Notes under the pieces: generated by a model
The model's input: the letters and a program-made list of their open reading frames with translations, nothing else
Told to the model about the DNA's origin: nothing
The model's database searches: none
Origin: Rebecca billardiae RCC1528
Lineage: Eukaryota > Protista > Haptophyta
Direction of reading: 5' to 3'
DNA: 64,000 nt
Assembly (NCBI GenBank): GCA_965240325.2
Contig: OZ251232.1
Location: 1-64,000 of the forward strand
Program-made: the position numbers and the translations under genes
Shown here: piece by piece, positions 13,176 through 23,938 of the stretch
Layout: the number at the start of each line of letters is the position of its first letter
Position numbering within the stretch: position 1 is the first letter of the stretch

Positions 13176-14554
13176 CTAGCCGAGCAGGAGCGCGCGCGCG
13201 GCGGCGCGCAGCCGCGGCGCGCCGAGCGCGAGCCCCTGCAGCGCGGCCGCGCACAGCGGCGCGCACGCGGCGAGCAGCGCGCCGCCGCTGAGCGCGGCGT
13301 GCGGCCCGGCGCGCGGCAGCGCGGCGAGCAGCGCGGCGTGCCACACCACGCCCGCGCCCACGATCGCCGCGAGCCGCGCCGCGGCGCGCAGCGCGGCGCG
13401 CGCGTCGGCGGCGGCCGCGTCGGCGGCCGCGCCGCCGGCCGCGCCGCCGCCGCCGCCGCCCGCGCTCGCGCTGCGCGCGCGGCCGGCGGCGCGCGGCGGC
13501 TCGTCCGCCGCCTCGCCGCCGCCCCACGCCGCCGCCTCGCCGCCGCCCCACGCCGCCGCCGCGCCGCCGCCGCCGCCCCGCGCCGCCGCCGCCGCGCCGG
13601 GCGGCGGCGGCGCGTCGAGCAGCCGCGGCGCGTCGGCCGCGTGCGCCTCCGCCTCGCGCGCCGCCAGCCACGCGCGCCCGCCGCCGCCCGGCGGCGGCGG
13701 CGGCCCGAGCAGCGCGCCGGCGGGCAGGCCGGCGTCGCGCGCGGCGGCGAGCGCGCGCAGCCGCTCCGCCAGCCGCTGCGCCAGCGCCGTCTGCGCGCGC
13801 GCCACCTCGCGCGCCACGAGCGCGGGCACGGCGGCCAGGCCGGTGGCGCCGCCCAGCCGCATGTCGAGCGCGTACGCGAGGCTGCAGCCGCCCGCCGGGT
13901 GCGGCCGCACCACCCAGCCGCCCACGCGCACGGAGGCCTCGACGCAGCCGGCGAGCAGCGGCGCGCCCATCGCGCGCAGCTCGGCGCCGCGCTCCGCGAG
14001 CAGCGGCACCGCGCGCGCGTCGCTCGTCGCGACCGCGGCGAGGCCGCCGCCGGGCAGCGGCAGCGTCGCGCTCGCGAGCAGCGCGCCGCGCGGCGCGAGC
14101 AGCAGCGGCACGCGCCGGTACGCGAGCGCGCGCACGCCGCCGGCCCAGCCCGCGCCGTCGAGCACGCGGCAGAGCGCGCGGCAGGCGTCGAGGTCCGCGT
14201 CGTACGCCGGCGCCTCCGCCGCGTGCAGCAGGTACGCCGCCACCTCCCACGGCGTGAGCGGCAGCGCGTGCTCGGCGCCCGCGCCGCTCGAGCACAGCGC
14301 GCGCACGCGCCCGCCGCCCGCCGAGCCGCGCCCGCCCGCGGCGACGCAGCGCACGGGGCCCGCGGCGTGCACGCTGCTCGCGCCGCCGGGCGTGGTGGGC
14401 TCCCACTCGCACGCCTCGCCCTCCACCAGCGCGAGCAGCTCGCGCGCCTTGCGCCCCATCGCCTCGCGGTGGCTCGGGCGCGCGCCGGGCGCGGCCGAGA
14501 CCGAGACCGGCTCGGCCGCCGCGCCGTCCGCGCGCTCGGCCGCCTCGGCGGCCT

Positions 14555-14589
<35 letters not shown>

Positions 14590-15071
14590 TCGGACGGCGC
14601 GGGGCCCACGACCTCGCCGCCCCCCAGCGCGCGCGCCCAGCGCGCGCGCTCGGGCGCGGAGGTGGCGGCGAGCCTCCACGGGCCGAGCAGCATCGGCCAG
14701 AGCTCGAGCCCCGAGCCGCCCATCCGCAGCGGCTCGAAGAGGAGCGGGCGCAGCGCGGAGACGTCGAGCGCGCCGCGCGCGAGCGCGCCCGGCCGCTGCG
14801 TCTCGAGCCCGTAGAAGAGCGTCGCCTCGCCGCCGGCGCCGCGCGCGAGGTAAAAGTGGCGCGGCCGCCAGCCCGCGTCGGTCGCGAGCGCGAGGTCGCG
14901 CTGCTTGAAGAGCACGCCGCTGCAGAGCACGCTGCCGCCGCACAGCGCGGGGGCGGCGGCGCCGTCCGCGCCCAGCGGCGAGCCCGAGCTCGAGCCCGCC
15001 GACGTCGCCGCGGGCGACGAGTACGTGTGCTGCAAGCCCGGCGGCGAGCGCCGCGGCGGCGTCGCGGCCAT
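13176..15071 (-). CDS. PH domain + START-like lipid-binding domain protein with C-terminal hydrophobic helices
   Basis: ATG at 15071. PH signature SGVLFKQ..WRPRHFYL..LAATSAPERARWARAL; START-like segment AYDADLDAC..LLAPR..VGGWVVRP..CSLAYALDMRLGG; hydrophobic C-terminus. Confidence 0.75.
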
Positions 15072-15136
15072 CCTCGCTCGGCTTGTCAGTCCGTCCCGGG
15101 TCGGGATTCGGGAGTGACGGAACTCGGGCTGGCGCG

Positions 15137-16898
15137 ATGGCGGACGCGGCGCGTCTCGACGCCGCCGCGGCCGCCTTCCTCGCGCGGCCGCCGCGCGAGC
15201 AGCGCGCGGTGCTGCGCCGGCTGAGCGCCGCGGCGGCGCGCGACGCGCGCGCGCGCGCGCACCTCGCCGCGCTCTGGGAGCGCACGCCGCCCGCCGTGCG
15301 CGACGCGCTGCTCGCGCCGCCGCGGTGCGCGTGCGGCCTCGCGGCCGGCGCGCTCGGCGGCCGGCTCGCGCTGGCGTGCGCGCGGTGCGGCGCGGGCGTG
15401 CACGCGCCGTGCGCCGCGCGCTGGCCGCCGGCGCGCAAGCGCGCGCGCGACGACGGCGCGCCGGCGCGCGCCGCGCTGTGCGGCGCGTGCGAGGCGGAGG
15501 CGGAGGCGGAGGCCGCGTGCGCGCACGGCGCGCCCTCTCCGCTGCTCGAGCGCGTGGCGGAGATCGCGTGCGCGTACGGCGCGGCGGGGCTGCCGCCCGC
15601 CGACGCGCCCGATGGCGACGGCCTGCGCGCGCGCCTGCCCGCCGCGACGGCGGCGGCGCTCGCGCGGCACGCGCGCGCGTGGGCGCGCTGCGCGCTCGCG
15701 GCCGCGGCCGGGCGCGCGCCGGGCTGCGCGCCCGAGGCGCTCGCCGAGCTGCTGCCCGCCGAGGCGGCGCACTACGCACGCGCGGTCGCCGGCGCGCGCC
15801 GCGCGCACGCCGCCGCGCGCGCCGAGGCCAAGGCGCGCAGCCGCGCGGCCGCGGCGGAGGCGGCGGCCGCCGCGGCCGCGGGCGACGGCGGCGACGACGA
15901 CGACGACATTGGCGGCGGCAGCGGCAGCGGCAGCGGCAGCGGCAGCGAGGGCGAGGGCAGCGCCGACGAGCTCGACGCGCTGGACGAGCCCGACGTGGAC
16001 GCGCCCGCGCCCGCGCCCGCCGCGGACGGCGGCGGGAGCGCGCTGTGCGCGCGGCTGTGCGCGCGGCGCTCGGTGCGCGCGAGGCTTGGGGCTGCGCTGG
16101 GCAGCGGGCGCGCGTACGCAGACTGGGTGCTCGCCACGCGCGCGGCGCTGCTGCACACCACGCCCAGCGTGCACGCCGCGCGCGAGATGCGCGCGTTCCG
16201 CGCGTGGCTGCACCCGGACGGCGCGGCGCAGTGCGCCGGCCTCGCGTGCGCCGCGCTGCTCGCGTGGCTGGCGCGCGACCGCATCGGACAGGTGAGGCAG
16301 CGCGCGCCGCGCACCGCGTGCGGCCGAGGGGCCGAGGGGCCGAGGGGCGGGGCGGGGGCAGCGGGACGGGGGCACCGCCGGCGAAGATCCGCGCGCGAGG
16401 CTGCGCCCACCTCGCGCGCGGATAGAGTCCGGCGCACAGCACGGGGCGCGCGCGCGCGCGCGCCTATTGATACGGCGCGCGCGCGCGCGCGGCGCCGCGC
16501 GCCGGCACCCCCGCGCGGCAAGGACGGCGGGTGGCGCGCGCCCCCCACGCGCCGCCCGCATCAATGCTTGCGCGCGCCACCCGCCCGCCCGCCCGCCCGC
16601 GCCGCCCGCGCTGCCCGCGCCGCCCGCGTCGTCCGCGCCGCCGCAGGTGGTGGAGGAGGCGCTGCGCGCGCGCAGCCCCGCGCGCGAGCTCGCCCCCAGC
16701 GACGCGCCGCTGCGGGCGGACGAGTGCGACAACGCGGCCGCCGCGCTCGGGCTCGCGCCCATCGACGCGCGCCTGTGCCGCTGGGCCGCAGACGCAGAGG
16801 CCGAGGGCGGCGGCGGGGACGACGGTCCGCAGCCCCTGCCGCAGCCTGGCGCGCCGGGCGCAGGCGAAGGCGGCGATGCGGTGCCGACGCCGAGATGA
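15137..16898 (+). CDS. SPT3: PHD-like zinc finger + Spt3-like histone-fold protein; exons 15137-16291 and 16647-16898
   Basis: N-terminal CAC..CARC..H..C..CGAC. C-terminal YADWVLATRAALL..FRAWL..LLAWLARDRIGQ|VVEEAL..PLRADECDNAAAAL parallels the Spt3 C-terminal fold. GT-AG intron 16292-16646 joins in frame. Confidence 0.55.
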
Positions 16899-17109
16899 CG
16901 CCGCGTCAATGCTCGCAGCAATACGACGAGTGATATGAGCGTCGCTTTAGCATCGGATTCATCGTCATATCGATGTTCTGCATGACGTGACCCATCATTC
17001 ATCATGGATCTCCGCTTGCCAGCCGCCTGCCCACCGCCGCCATGGCTGACAACGATCGAGACAGTGATTCTGACCACCCGTTCCAGAAAGGCGATATTAG
17101 TTCGGACAC

Positions 17110-17158
17110 GGTCCGGGAGCTCAAAAGGTGCAAGTTGCACCTTTTGAGCTCCCGGACC
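17110..17158. repeat. 49-bp palindrome (perfect 24-bp arms, 1-nt centre)
   Basis: GGTCCGGGAGCTCAAAAGGTGCAA-G-TTGCACCTTTTGAGCTCCCGGACC. Confidence 0.95.
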
Positions 17159-17250
17159 ACAGTGGGAGCACGCGGGGCCGCGGCCGTTGAGAGGGGCGGG
17201 GGCGGGCGGGCGACGTCGACGTCGCGGCGTTCCACGCGCTCTGCTGTCGA

Positions 17251-18256
17251 TGACTTGCTGTTGGCGGCGCGCGCCGCGCTGGCGAGGAGGCTCGGGCCCA
17301 TGCGTGCCTTCGAGCGCCCGGCGACCGCGCGCGCATCGGCTTCCTCCGCCTGTGAGCCGCCCGCGGCCGCGACCGCCGCGCCCTTTGAGTGGGTTGACCG
17401 CGCCCGAGCCTGCTCGCCGCCGAGCGCAGGGATGAGTCGAGCGCGGCGCGAGGCGGCGATCGTGATCGGGCGATCGCATGCGCCCATATGCGCCCCATCT
17501 GCCACGGCGCGACCGCTTCAGCGTGCGTATGTCACCCCACTTGTCAGGGATGTCGAGTAGCAGGCGAGCACCGTCGGCCAGTGTGTCCGCCCGCGCCGCG
17601 TGCGCACAGGGCCATACGACGCGGAAACACGTCACAACCGGCATCAGTGCATGGCCATGGCCGTGTACAGCCCCGCGTGGGCCACCAAGGTCATGCCATC
17701 CACTGCTCTGCCAGCTCGCAACGTGCGTCAATGCTGACGACAACTCTGGTCGAGAAGAAGTTGCTTCTTGAGTTCTGTCACAGTGGTGCACACGGCATCA
17801 GTGGACGTCCCCATGACTACGGATGCGGACCAACCGTGCCCGCCAGCTTGCGTAGCGAAGACATCACGAGACGCCACGGAGCGACATCCGACGCGTAGAG
17901 CCCTTCGCGCACGCGGCGCGGGCGGACACGCTGGCCGACAGAGCTCGCCCGCTCCCCGACATGCCTGACAAGTGGGGTCACATACGCACGCTGAAGCTGT
18001 CGCGCCGTGGCGAATAGGGCGCAGATGGGCGCATGCGATCGCCCGATCGTGATCGCCGCCTCGCGCCGCGCTCAACTCATCCCTGCGCTCGGCCGCGAGC
18101 AGACTCGGGCGCAGTCAACCCCCTCGAAGCGGGCGGCCGCCGCGGGCGCGGGCGACTTGCAGGCGGAGGAAGCCGATGCGCGCGCGGTTGCCGGGCGCTC
18201 AAAGGCGCGCATGGGTCCGAGCCATCCCGCCCGCGCGGCGCGCGCCGCCCAAGTCA
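17251..18256. mobile_element. Foldback-like non-coding element with ~370-bp diverged inverted arms
   Basis: ~17251-17625 is the reverse complement, with scattered substitutions, of ~17885-18256; no transposase and no TSD identified. Confidence 0.7.
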
Positions 18257-18467
18257 CGCATATCTCGGTCCGCACGGCCACGCGCCCACCTGTTCGCCAT
18301 CCTTCCGCCAGTCCGCCACCAGCCGGGGCGCCTGGCGGCGGAACAACACCCCGTGGAACGGGTGGACGGCGTCAACGTTTCGATGAACGGTACTTATTTT
18401 CCGGCCACAGCCTCCGGCAGCCGCGGCCGCCATCCCGCGCATCTATCTTTCGTCGTCGACCGACGCG

Positions 18468-19268
18468 ATGCGCGCGGCGGCCCTTGGCGTGGCGCTGGCG
18501 CGCGCGGCCGGTCCGGCGCTGGCGCGCGCGCCGCGCGCGCGGCTCGCGCCCGCCGCGCCCGCCCTCGCCGGCGCGCCGCGCCGCCGCCTCTCCTCCTCGG
18601 CGCACGCGGCCGACGCGGCCGCGTTCGTGGCGTCGCTCGGCCACAGCGAGGAGGAGGCGGCCGCGGTCGTGGCCGCGCTGAAGGAGTCGGGGCTGGGCGG
18701 CGCGCAGCTGCTCGCGACGGTGAAGGCGCTCGCCGGCCGGCCCGAGGTGGGCGAGGACGGCGGCCTCGCCGACCTCGTCGCCGCCGTGCGCGAGGACCTC
18801 GCGCGGCGCGCGGGCAAGCGCGTGGTGAGCTTCACCGTCGTGCCGCCGCGCGTGTGGGAGGCGGCGGACGCAGCGGTCGCCGCGGGCGAGCTGGACGGCG
18901 CGGCGGCGCGGGAGCGGATGGCGCGCGACGGCATCACCGTCGAGGCGCTCGAGGGCTTGTCCATCGCCGACGTCGCGCGGCACGGCTCGGGGCGCGGGTC
19001 CAATCTGCTGCGCGAGCTGCTCGAGTGCGCGTGCTCGGGCGTGATGGCGTGCTCCACGTGCCACGTCGTCGTCGAGCGGGGCTGGTTCGAGAGGGTGGGC
19101 GAGCCAGACGAGGACGAGCTCGACATGCTCGACCTCGCGTACGAGCCCGCGCCCACCTCGCGGCTGGGCTGCCAGCTGGTGCTCTCCCCGCAGCTCGACG
19201 GGCTGCTCCTGCGGCTGCCCAGGGGCGCGCACAACATGATGGACCACATCCCCTTCCCGGACGCGTAG
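18468..19268 (+). CDS. Mitochondrial adrenodoxin-type [2Fe-2S] ferredoxin with N-terminal extension
   Basis: ECACSGVMACSTCHV..EDELDMLDLA..TSRLGCQ motif; Arg/Ala-rich transit-like N-terminus. Confidence 0.93.
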   Translation: MRAAALGVALARAAGPALARAPRARLAPAAPALAGAPRRRLSSSAHAADAAAFVASLGHSEEEAAAVVAALKESGLGGAQLLATVKALAGRPEVGEDGGLADLVAAVREDLARRAGKRVVSFTVVPPRVWEAADAAVAAGELDGAAARERMARDGITVEALEGLSIADVARHGSGRGSNLLRELLECACSGVMACSTCHVVVERGWFERVGEPDEDELDMLDLAYEPAPTSRLGCQLVLSPQLDGLLLRLPRGAHNMMDHIPFPDA

Positions 19269-19447
19269 GGAGCCAGGGGCGCGCACAACATGATGGACCA
19301 CATCCCCTTCCCGGACGCGTAGGGAGCCAGGGGCGCGCACAACATGATGGACCACATCCCCTTCCCGGACGCGTAGGGAGCCAGGGGCGCGCACAACATG
19401 ATGGACCACATCCCCTTCCCGGACGCGTAGGGAGCCAGGGGCGCGCA
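19219..19447 (+). repeat. 54-bp tandem repeat (4 copies plus a partial) of the ferredoxin 3' end
   Basis: CCAGGGGCGCGCACAACATGATGGACCACATCCCCTTCCCGGACGCGTAGGGAG at 19219, 19273, 19327 and 19381; partial copy at 19435. Confidence 0.95.
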
Positions 19448-20134
19448 GCACGCGGGGCGCGGGGCGGCTGGCGACTCGCATTGCGACCCGGGCGCCCCGC
19501 GCCGCCACCGCGCGCGTGCGCCCTGGCCACTGCCGGCTGATGAGCCGGACTCGTCAGACTCTCCTGCGGCGGTCCGAGGCGGCATCGGCTCGCCGACTAC
19601 CGCCCCGTGTGACTGGACTCGGCGCCCGTCGGCGGCGGTCGTCGTATAACCGACGACGACGACGACGACGACGCGGGTACGGTACGCGGCGAGTGTATCG
19701 ATCGTGCGCGGCGTCCGGTCATCGGCCTCGAATAAGCCTGCCGCGTCTACGCTGCTAGTGATAGTATATATACGTCCCGCCTGCCAGGCCAACAGTCCGG
19801 CCGTGGGCCCTGGCTGGGGCTGGATCCCGCGTCACAGAGTGAGTGACAGACACAGTGACAGTGACCGTCACACTGAGTACTGGTATACATCACTGGACTG
19901 CGGCACTGGCGGGCGCGCATGCGACTATAACGCGGACACGGACTGCTGTCACTGCGCTGCTGCGCGGTGCGACAAGCCATCGTCGTCGCCGGTCCTGACG
20001 CGTGCGCCCGCGTCAATCATCACTGCTCATCAATCAATCAAAGGCGGACGAGTCACGTGTCACTCCGCGATCAGATAACGGTAGTCTGCTCAGAATGAAG
20101 CAGACCGCGCGCGCCGCCGGCGTCAGGCCCGGCG

Positions 20135-21034
20135 TCAGCCGCGCCAGCCGCCCCTCCCCGTCGCCGGCGGCGAGCCCGCGTGCGCGCCACCCCGCGCCGA
20201 CGACGGCGGCGCGCGCGGCGGCGGCGAGGGCCGCCCGCCGCCCTGCAGCTGCGCGAGCAGCGCGGGCGACTTGAGCTTGAGCAGCCCGTTCACGTCCTGC
20301 AGCCGCGCCTGCATCAGCGCGCAGCGCGCGCGCAGCGCGTTGTACCGGTACGTCACCGCCTGCCGGATCACGTCGTCCGGCGACTCGCCGAACTGTATCG
20401 ACAGCAGCTCGACGAACTTGTACTGCAGGTTCTGGATCACGTCGAGGTGCGAGCGGCCGTCCGCGCCGAGCGTGAGCACCGCGAGGTGCGTGTGCGGCTC
20501 GCGGATGCACGCGTTGAGCATGCGCACGAGCACCGAGGGGTACTCGGCGAAGTCGACCATCAGCTTCTGCGCGCGCCGCCGCGCGCCGCGCGCGCGCGCG
20601 CGCGCCCGCGCGGCGGGTCGGCGGCCGCGGCCGCGGCCGCGCGCGGCGCGGCGCGGCGCGGCGCGCACCTGCGTGTCCTGCACCGCGCGGAAGGCGCGCG
20701 CGTCCATCGAGTGCACGTGGTGGAAGAAGAGGTCGGCGTCGGAGGTGAGCTCGATCTGCACGCGCGAGAGCTCCTCGTCCTCCCCCAGCGTGAGGATCTT
20801 CACCTTGATCGCCTCGAGCGTGCCCACGTCCTGCGGCGCGCCGTCGTGCGCGCGCGCGCTGCTCGCGACGCGCAGCTCGAACGGGACCTCGCGGTCGTAC
20901 GCGACGCGCTGGCCGGCGGAGAGCGACGGGTCCATCTCGTCGATCGCCGAGAAGTCAAAGTGCGTCAGCGCGCCGCCGCCGCCGCGCTCGTGCGGCTCGG
21001 CGTACGGCCAGCTCACGCCCGGCGAGGCGGCCAT
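20135..21034 (-). CDS. SAS6L: SAS-6-like protein (SAS6L type); intron 20567-20668
   Basis: YDREVPFELR..VGTLEAIKVKIL..IELTSDADLFFH..Q|KLMVDFAEYPSVLVRMLNACIREP..IQNLQYKFVELLS..VTYRYN matches a SAS-6 head domain with a short coiled coil. A 102-nt in-frame GT-AG intron removes an Arg/Ala junk stretch. Confidence 0.9.
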   Translation of the reverse strand: MAASPGVSWPYAEPHERGGGGALTHFDFSAIDEMDPSLSAGQRVAYDREVPFELRVASSARAHDGAPQDVGTLEAIKVKILTLGEDEELSRVQIELTSDADLFFHHVHSMDARAFRAVQDTQVRAAPRRAARGRGRGRRPAARARARARGARRRAQKLMVDFAEYPSVLVRMLNACIREPHTHLAVLTLGADGRSHLDVIQNLQYKFVELLSIQFGESPDDVIRQAVTYRYNALRARCALMQARLQDVNGLLKLKSPALLAQLQGGGRPSPPPRAPPSSARGGAHAGSPPATGRGGWRG

Positions 21035-21235
21035 CCTGAGCGAGAGAATGAGTGAATGACGGTTTCGAAAAAGCTGTTTGTCGACTTCGTCGCTCATTCG
21101 TCGGCGATCGAAAGTTCCGCCGCGGTTGCGACATGCAATTCGAGCCGACCTCGTCTGGCGGGGCCGCACGCGTCACGGGCGCGCGCGTCACGTCGCCACA
21201 GCCTGGGCTCAGCCGGCGCGCTCGGCGGACGAGCG

Positions 21236-22389
21236 TCACGTGCCGTCGCCGTGCGCGTCGAGCGCGCTGAGCGCCGCCGCCAGCGCGCGCTCGACGGCGC
21301 ACGTCGTGCGCCGACGGTGCGGCCGCGCGCCGACGGCCGCGCGCGCCGGCGGCGGCGGCGGCGCGCGCACGGCCACGGGCGAGCGCGGCGCGCGGTGCGC
21401 CGGCGCGGCCGGCTCGTCCTGCGGCGGGAGCGGCCGTGCGCGCGGCGACGCGCCGCCCGCGGCCGCGCGCGCGCGCCGCGGCGACGGCGGCGCGAAGGGC
21501 GGCGCCGCGCGCCGCGGCGCGAGCGGCGGCGACGCGCTCCGCCGCAGCGCGCGGTGGTGGGGGCGGTGGTCGGTGCTGCTGCTGGTTGTGGCCGTGGCAG
21601 CCGCGGAGGGCTCGGCTGCGAGCCGCGCCTCGCTGTCCAGCGCGCGCAGCTCGGCGCACAGCGCGGCCGCGGCGACGCCGTCGGCGGCGGCGCGCGCGCG
21701 GAGCGCGCGCAGCGGCGCGCGCGCCGCCTCGAGCGCGTCCGCGGCGCGCGCCGCGTCCGCGGCGACGGCGCCGAGCGCGGCGCCGGCGCGCGCGGCGTCG
21801 GCGCGCGCGGCGTCGGCGCGCGCCACGCCCGCGGCCGCGCCGCGCCACCGCCACAGCGCGGCCGCGGCCGCGTGCGCGCGGCGCGCGCGCAGCACGCCGG
21901 CGCAGCGCGCGGCGCGCACGCGCGGCGGCGGCGCGCCGAGCAGCCGGCGCAGCGCGAGCGCGGGCTCCGCCGCCGCCGCCGCCGCCGCCGACCCCGCCGC
22001 CGCCGCCGCGCTGCGCCGCGCGTCGGCGCGCGCCGCGTGCAGCGCCGCCTCGAGGGGTGCGCACAGCGAGCCCAGCGCTGCCGCCGCGCTCGCCGCGTCG
22101 GCCGCGGCCGCGGCCACGTGCGCCTCCGCCTCGCGCGCTAACCCGCGCGCCTCGCGCTCCGCGCCGCGCGCGGCCGCCGCGTCGGCGGCCGCGGCCGCCG
22201 CCTGCGACTCCGCCTCGCGCAGCGCGCCGCCCAGCGCGCCGCGCAGCGCGCCCGCGTCCGCGTCCACGTCCGCGGCCGCCGCGCCCGTCTGCGCGGCCGC
22301 GTCGCGCCGCCGCGGCGGCGCGGCCGTGGCGGCCGCGGCGGCGCGCGTGCTCGGCGCCGCCTGCACGCCCGCGCTCGCCTGCGCGGGCC

Positions 22390-22432
<43 letters not shown>

Positions 22433-22865
22433 CAGCGGTGCCGTCTGCGCGCTCGCGTGCGCCGCGCGCCACGCCGTCTGCGCGGCCGCGTCGCGCGAGC
22501 GCGCGCTCGCGTGCGCGGCCGCGTGCACGGCGCGCGCCGCGCCGGGCGCGGCGGTCTGCGCGGCGGCGTGCGCGCGCGGCGGCGGCGCGGCGGCGGGCTC
22601 GGCCGCGGCGCGCGCGCCGCGCGCGAACTGCGCGCGCGCCGCGCCGTCCGCGCCGCGCCGCCACGCGTGCAGCGCGCGCGCCGCCGCCCACGCCGCCGCC
22701 GCGTCGCGCGCGCGCAGCGCGCTCGCCGCCGCGGCGGCGCGCGCCGCGTCGCGCGCGCGCGCCGTCGGCGTGGGCGGCGCGGAGGACGGCTGGCGCCCGG
22801 ACTCGCGCCGCCGCGCCACCGCCGCCTTGGCCTCGGCGAGCTGCGCGCGCAGCGCGCGCGTCGCC

Positions 22866-22897
<32 letters not shown>

Positions 22898-23665
22898 CGA
22901 GCGCCGCGCGGCCGCGGCGGCCGCGCGCGGCGAGGGTGGCGGCGAGGGCAGCGTGCTCGGCGTGCCCGCCGGGCTGGGCGTGCGCGTGCGCGCGGCGCGC
23001 GCGGCGCGCGCGTCGGCGGTCTCGAGCGCGCTCAGCCGCGCGCCCAGCGCCGCCAGCGCGCCCTCCGCCGCGGCGGCGGACGCGCGGCCGCGCTCGGCGG
23101 CGGAGGCGCGCGGCGCCGCCGCCGCCTCCGCGCGCGCCGCGCGCGCCTCGGCCGCGTCGCGCTCGGCGCGGAGCGCGCGCGCGGCCTCCTCGTGCGACGC
23201 CGCCGCCTCCTCCGCCCGCGCGCACTCCGCGCGCGCCGCGCGCGCCTCGGCGCCCGCCTGGCGCGCGTGCGCCTCCGCCTCGGCGAGCGCGTCGGCGAGC
23301 GCGGCCGCGTGCGCGCGCCACGCGCCGTCCGCGTCGACGTGGCGCTCGCGCGCGCGCGCGAGGGCGAGCTCGAGCTGCGCGGCGCGGTCGGCGTGCGCGA
23401 GCGCCTCCGCCGCGCGGCGCGCCTCCGCCTCCGCCGCGCCGGCCTCGGCCGCGTGCACGGCGGCGCCGAGCGCGGCCACGTGCGCGCGCGCCGCGCTCAG
23501 CTCGCGCCGCAGCTGCGCGTCCACGCGCTGCGCCGCGCCGAGCGCGTGCGCGAGCGAGGCGGCGTCGGGCTCGTCGGCCGCGCCCGCCCCGTCGTCGGGC
23601 TCGGCGGGCGCCGCCCCGTCGCTGCTGCCGGAGAGCCGCGCGCGGCGCGGCGGCGGTGCGAACAT
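21236..23665 (-). CDS. Ala-rich coiled-coil protein, hypothetical
   Basis: Long frame with Glu/Ala/Arg heptads; ATG at 23665; contains repeated A-Q-T motifs and L-x2-W-R motifs. Confidence 0.65.
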
Positions 23666-23938
23666 GCCGCCGCCCGCACGGCGGGCATCGCCCACCCGCA
23701 CGATGCCTCCCGAGGCCCAACGGACGGCACGGAAGTCTCATTGGTTCCGGCGTCCCCGTCCGGCTGACTCCACGCCACGGCAGACCACCAAGAACTCAGT
23801 AGAAGCCGTGCAGTAGCGTAGCAGGCGGCTACTGTCTGTGTCACTGACCGTGCGCAGTGCGCTACAACTACAAGTACTGCCACAGCGACGGTGTCAGCCC
23901 GCGATGCGCGCACGCCGCCTGCAGCGCGGCCCCGCGCG

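Noticed and set aside
17042-18681. Mirror-image ORFs 17002-17505 and 18007-18681 as a duplicated gene
   Set aside because: The similarity follows from the inverted repeat arms; no coding signature.
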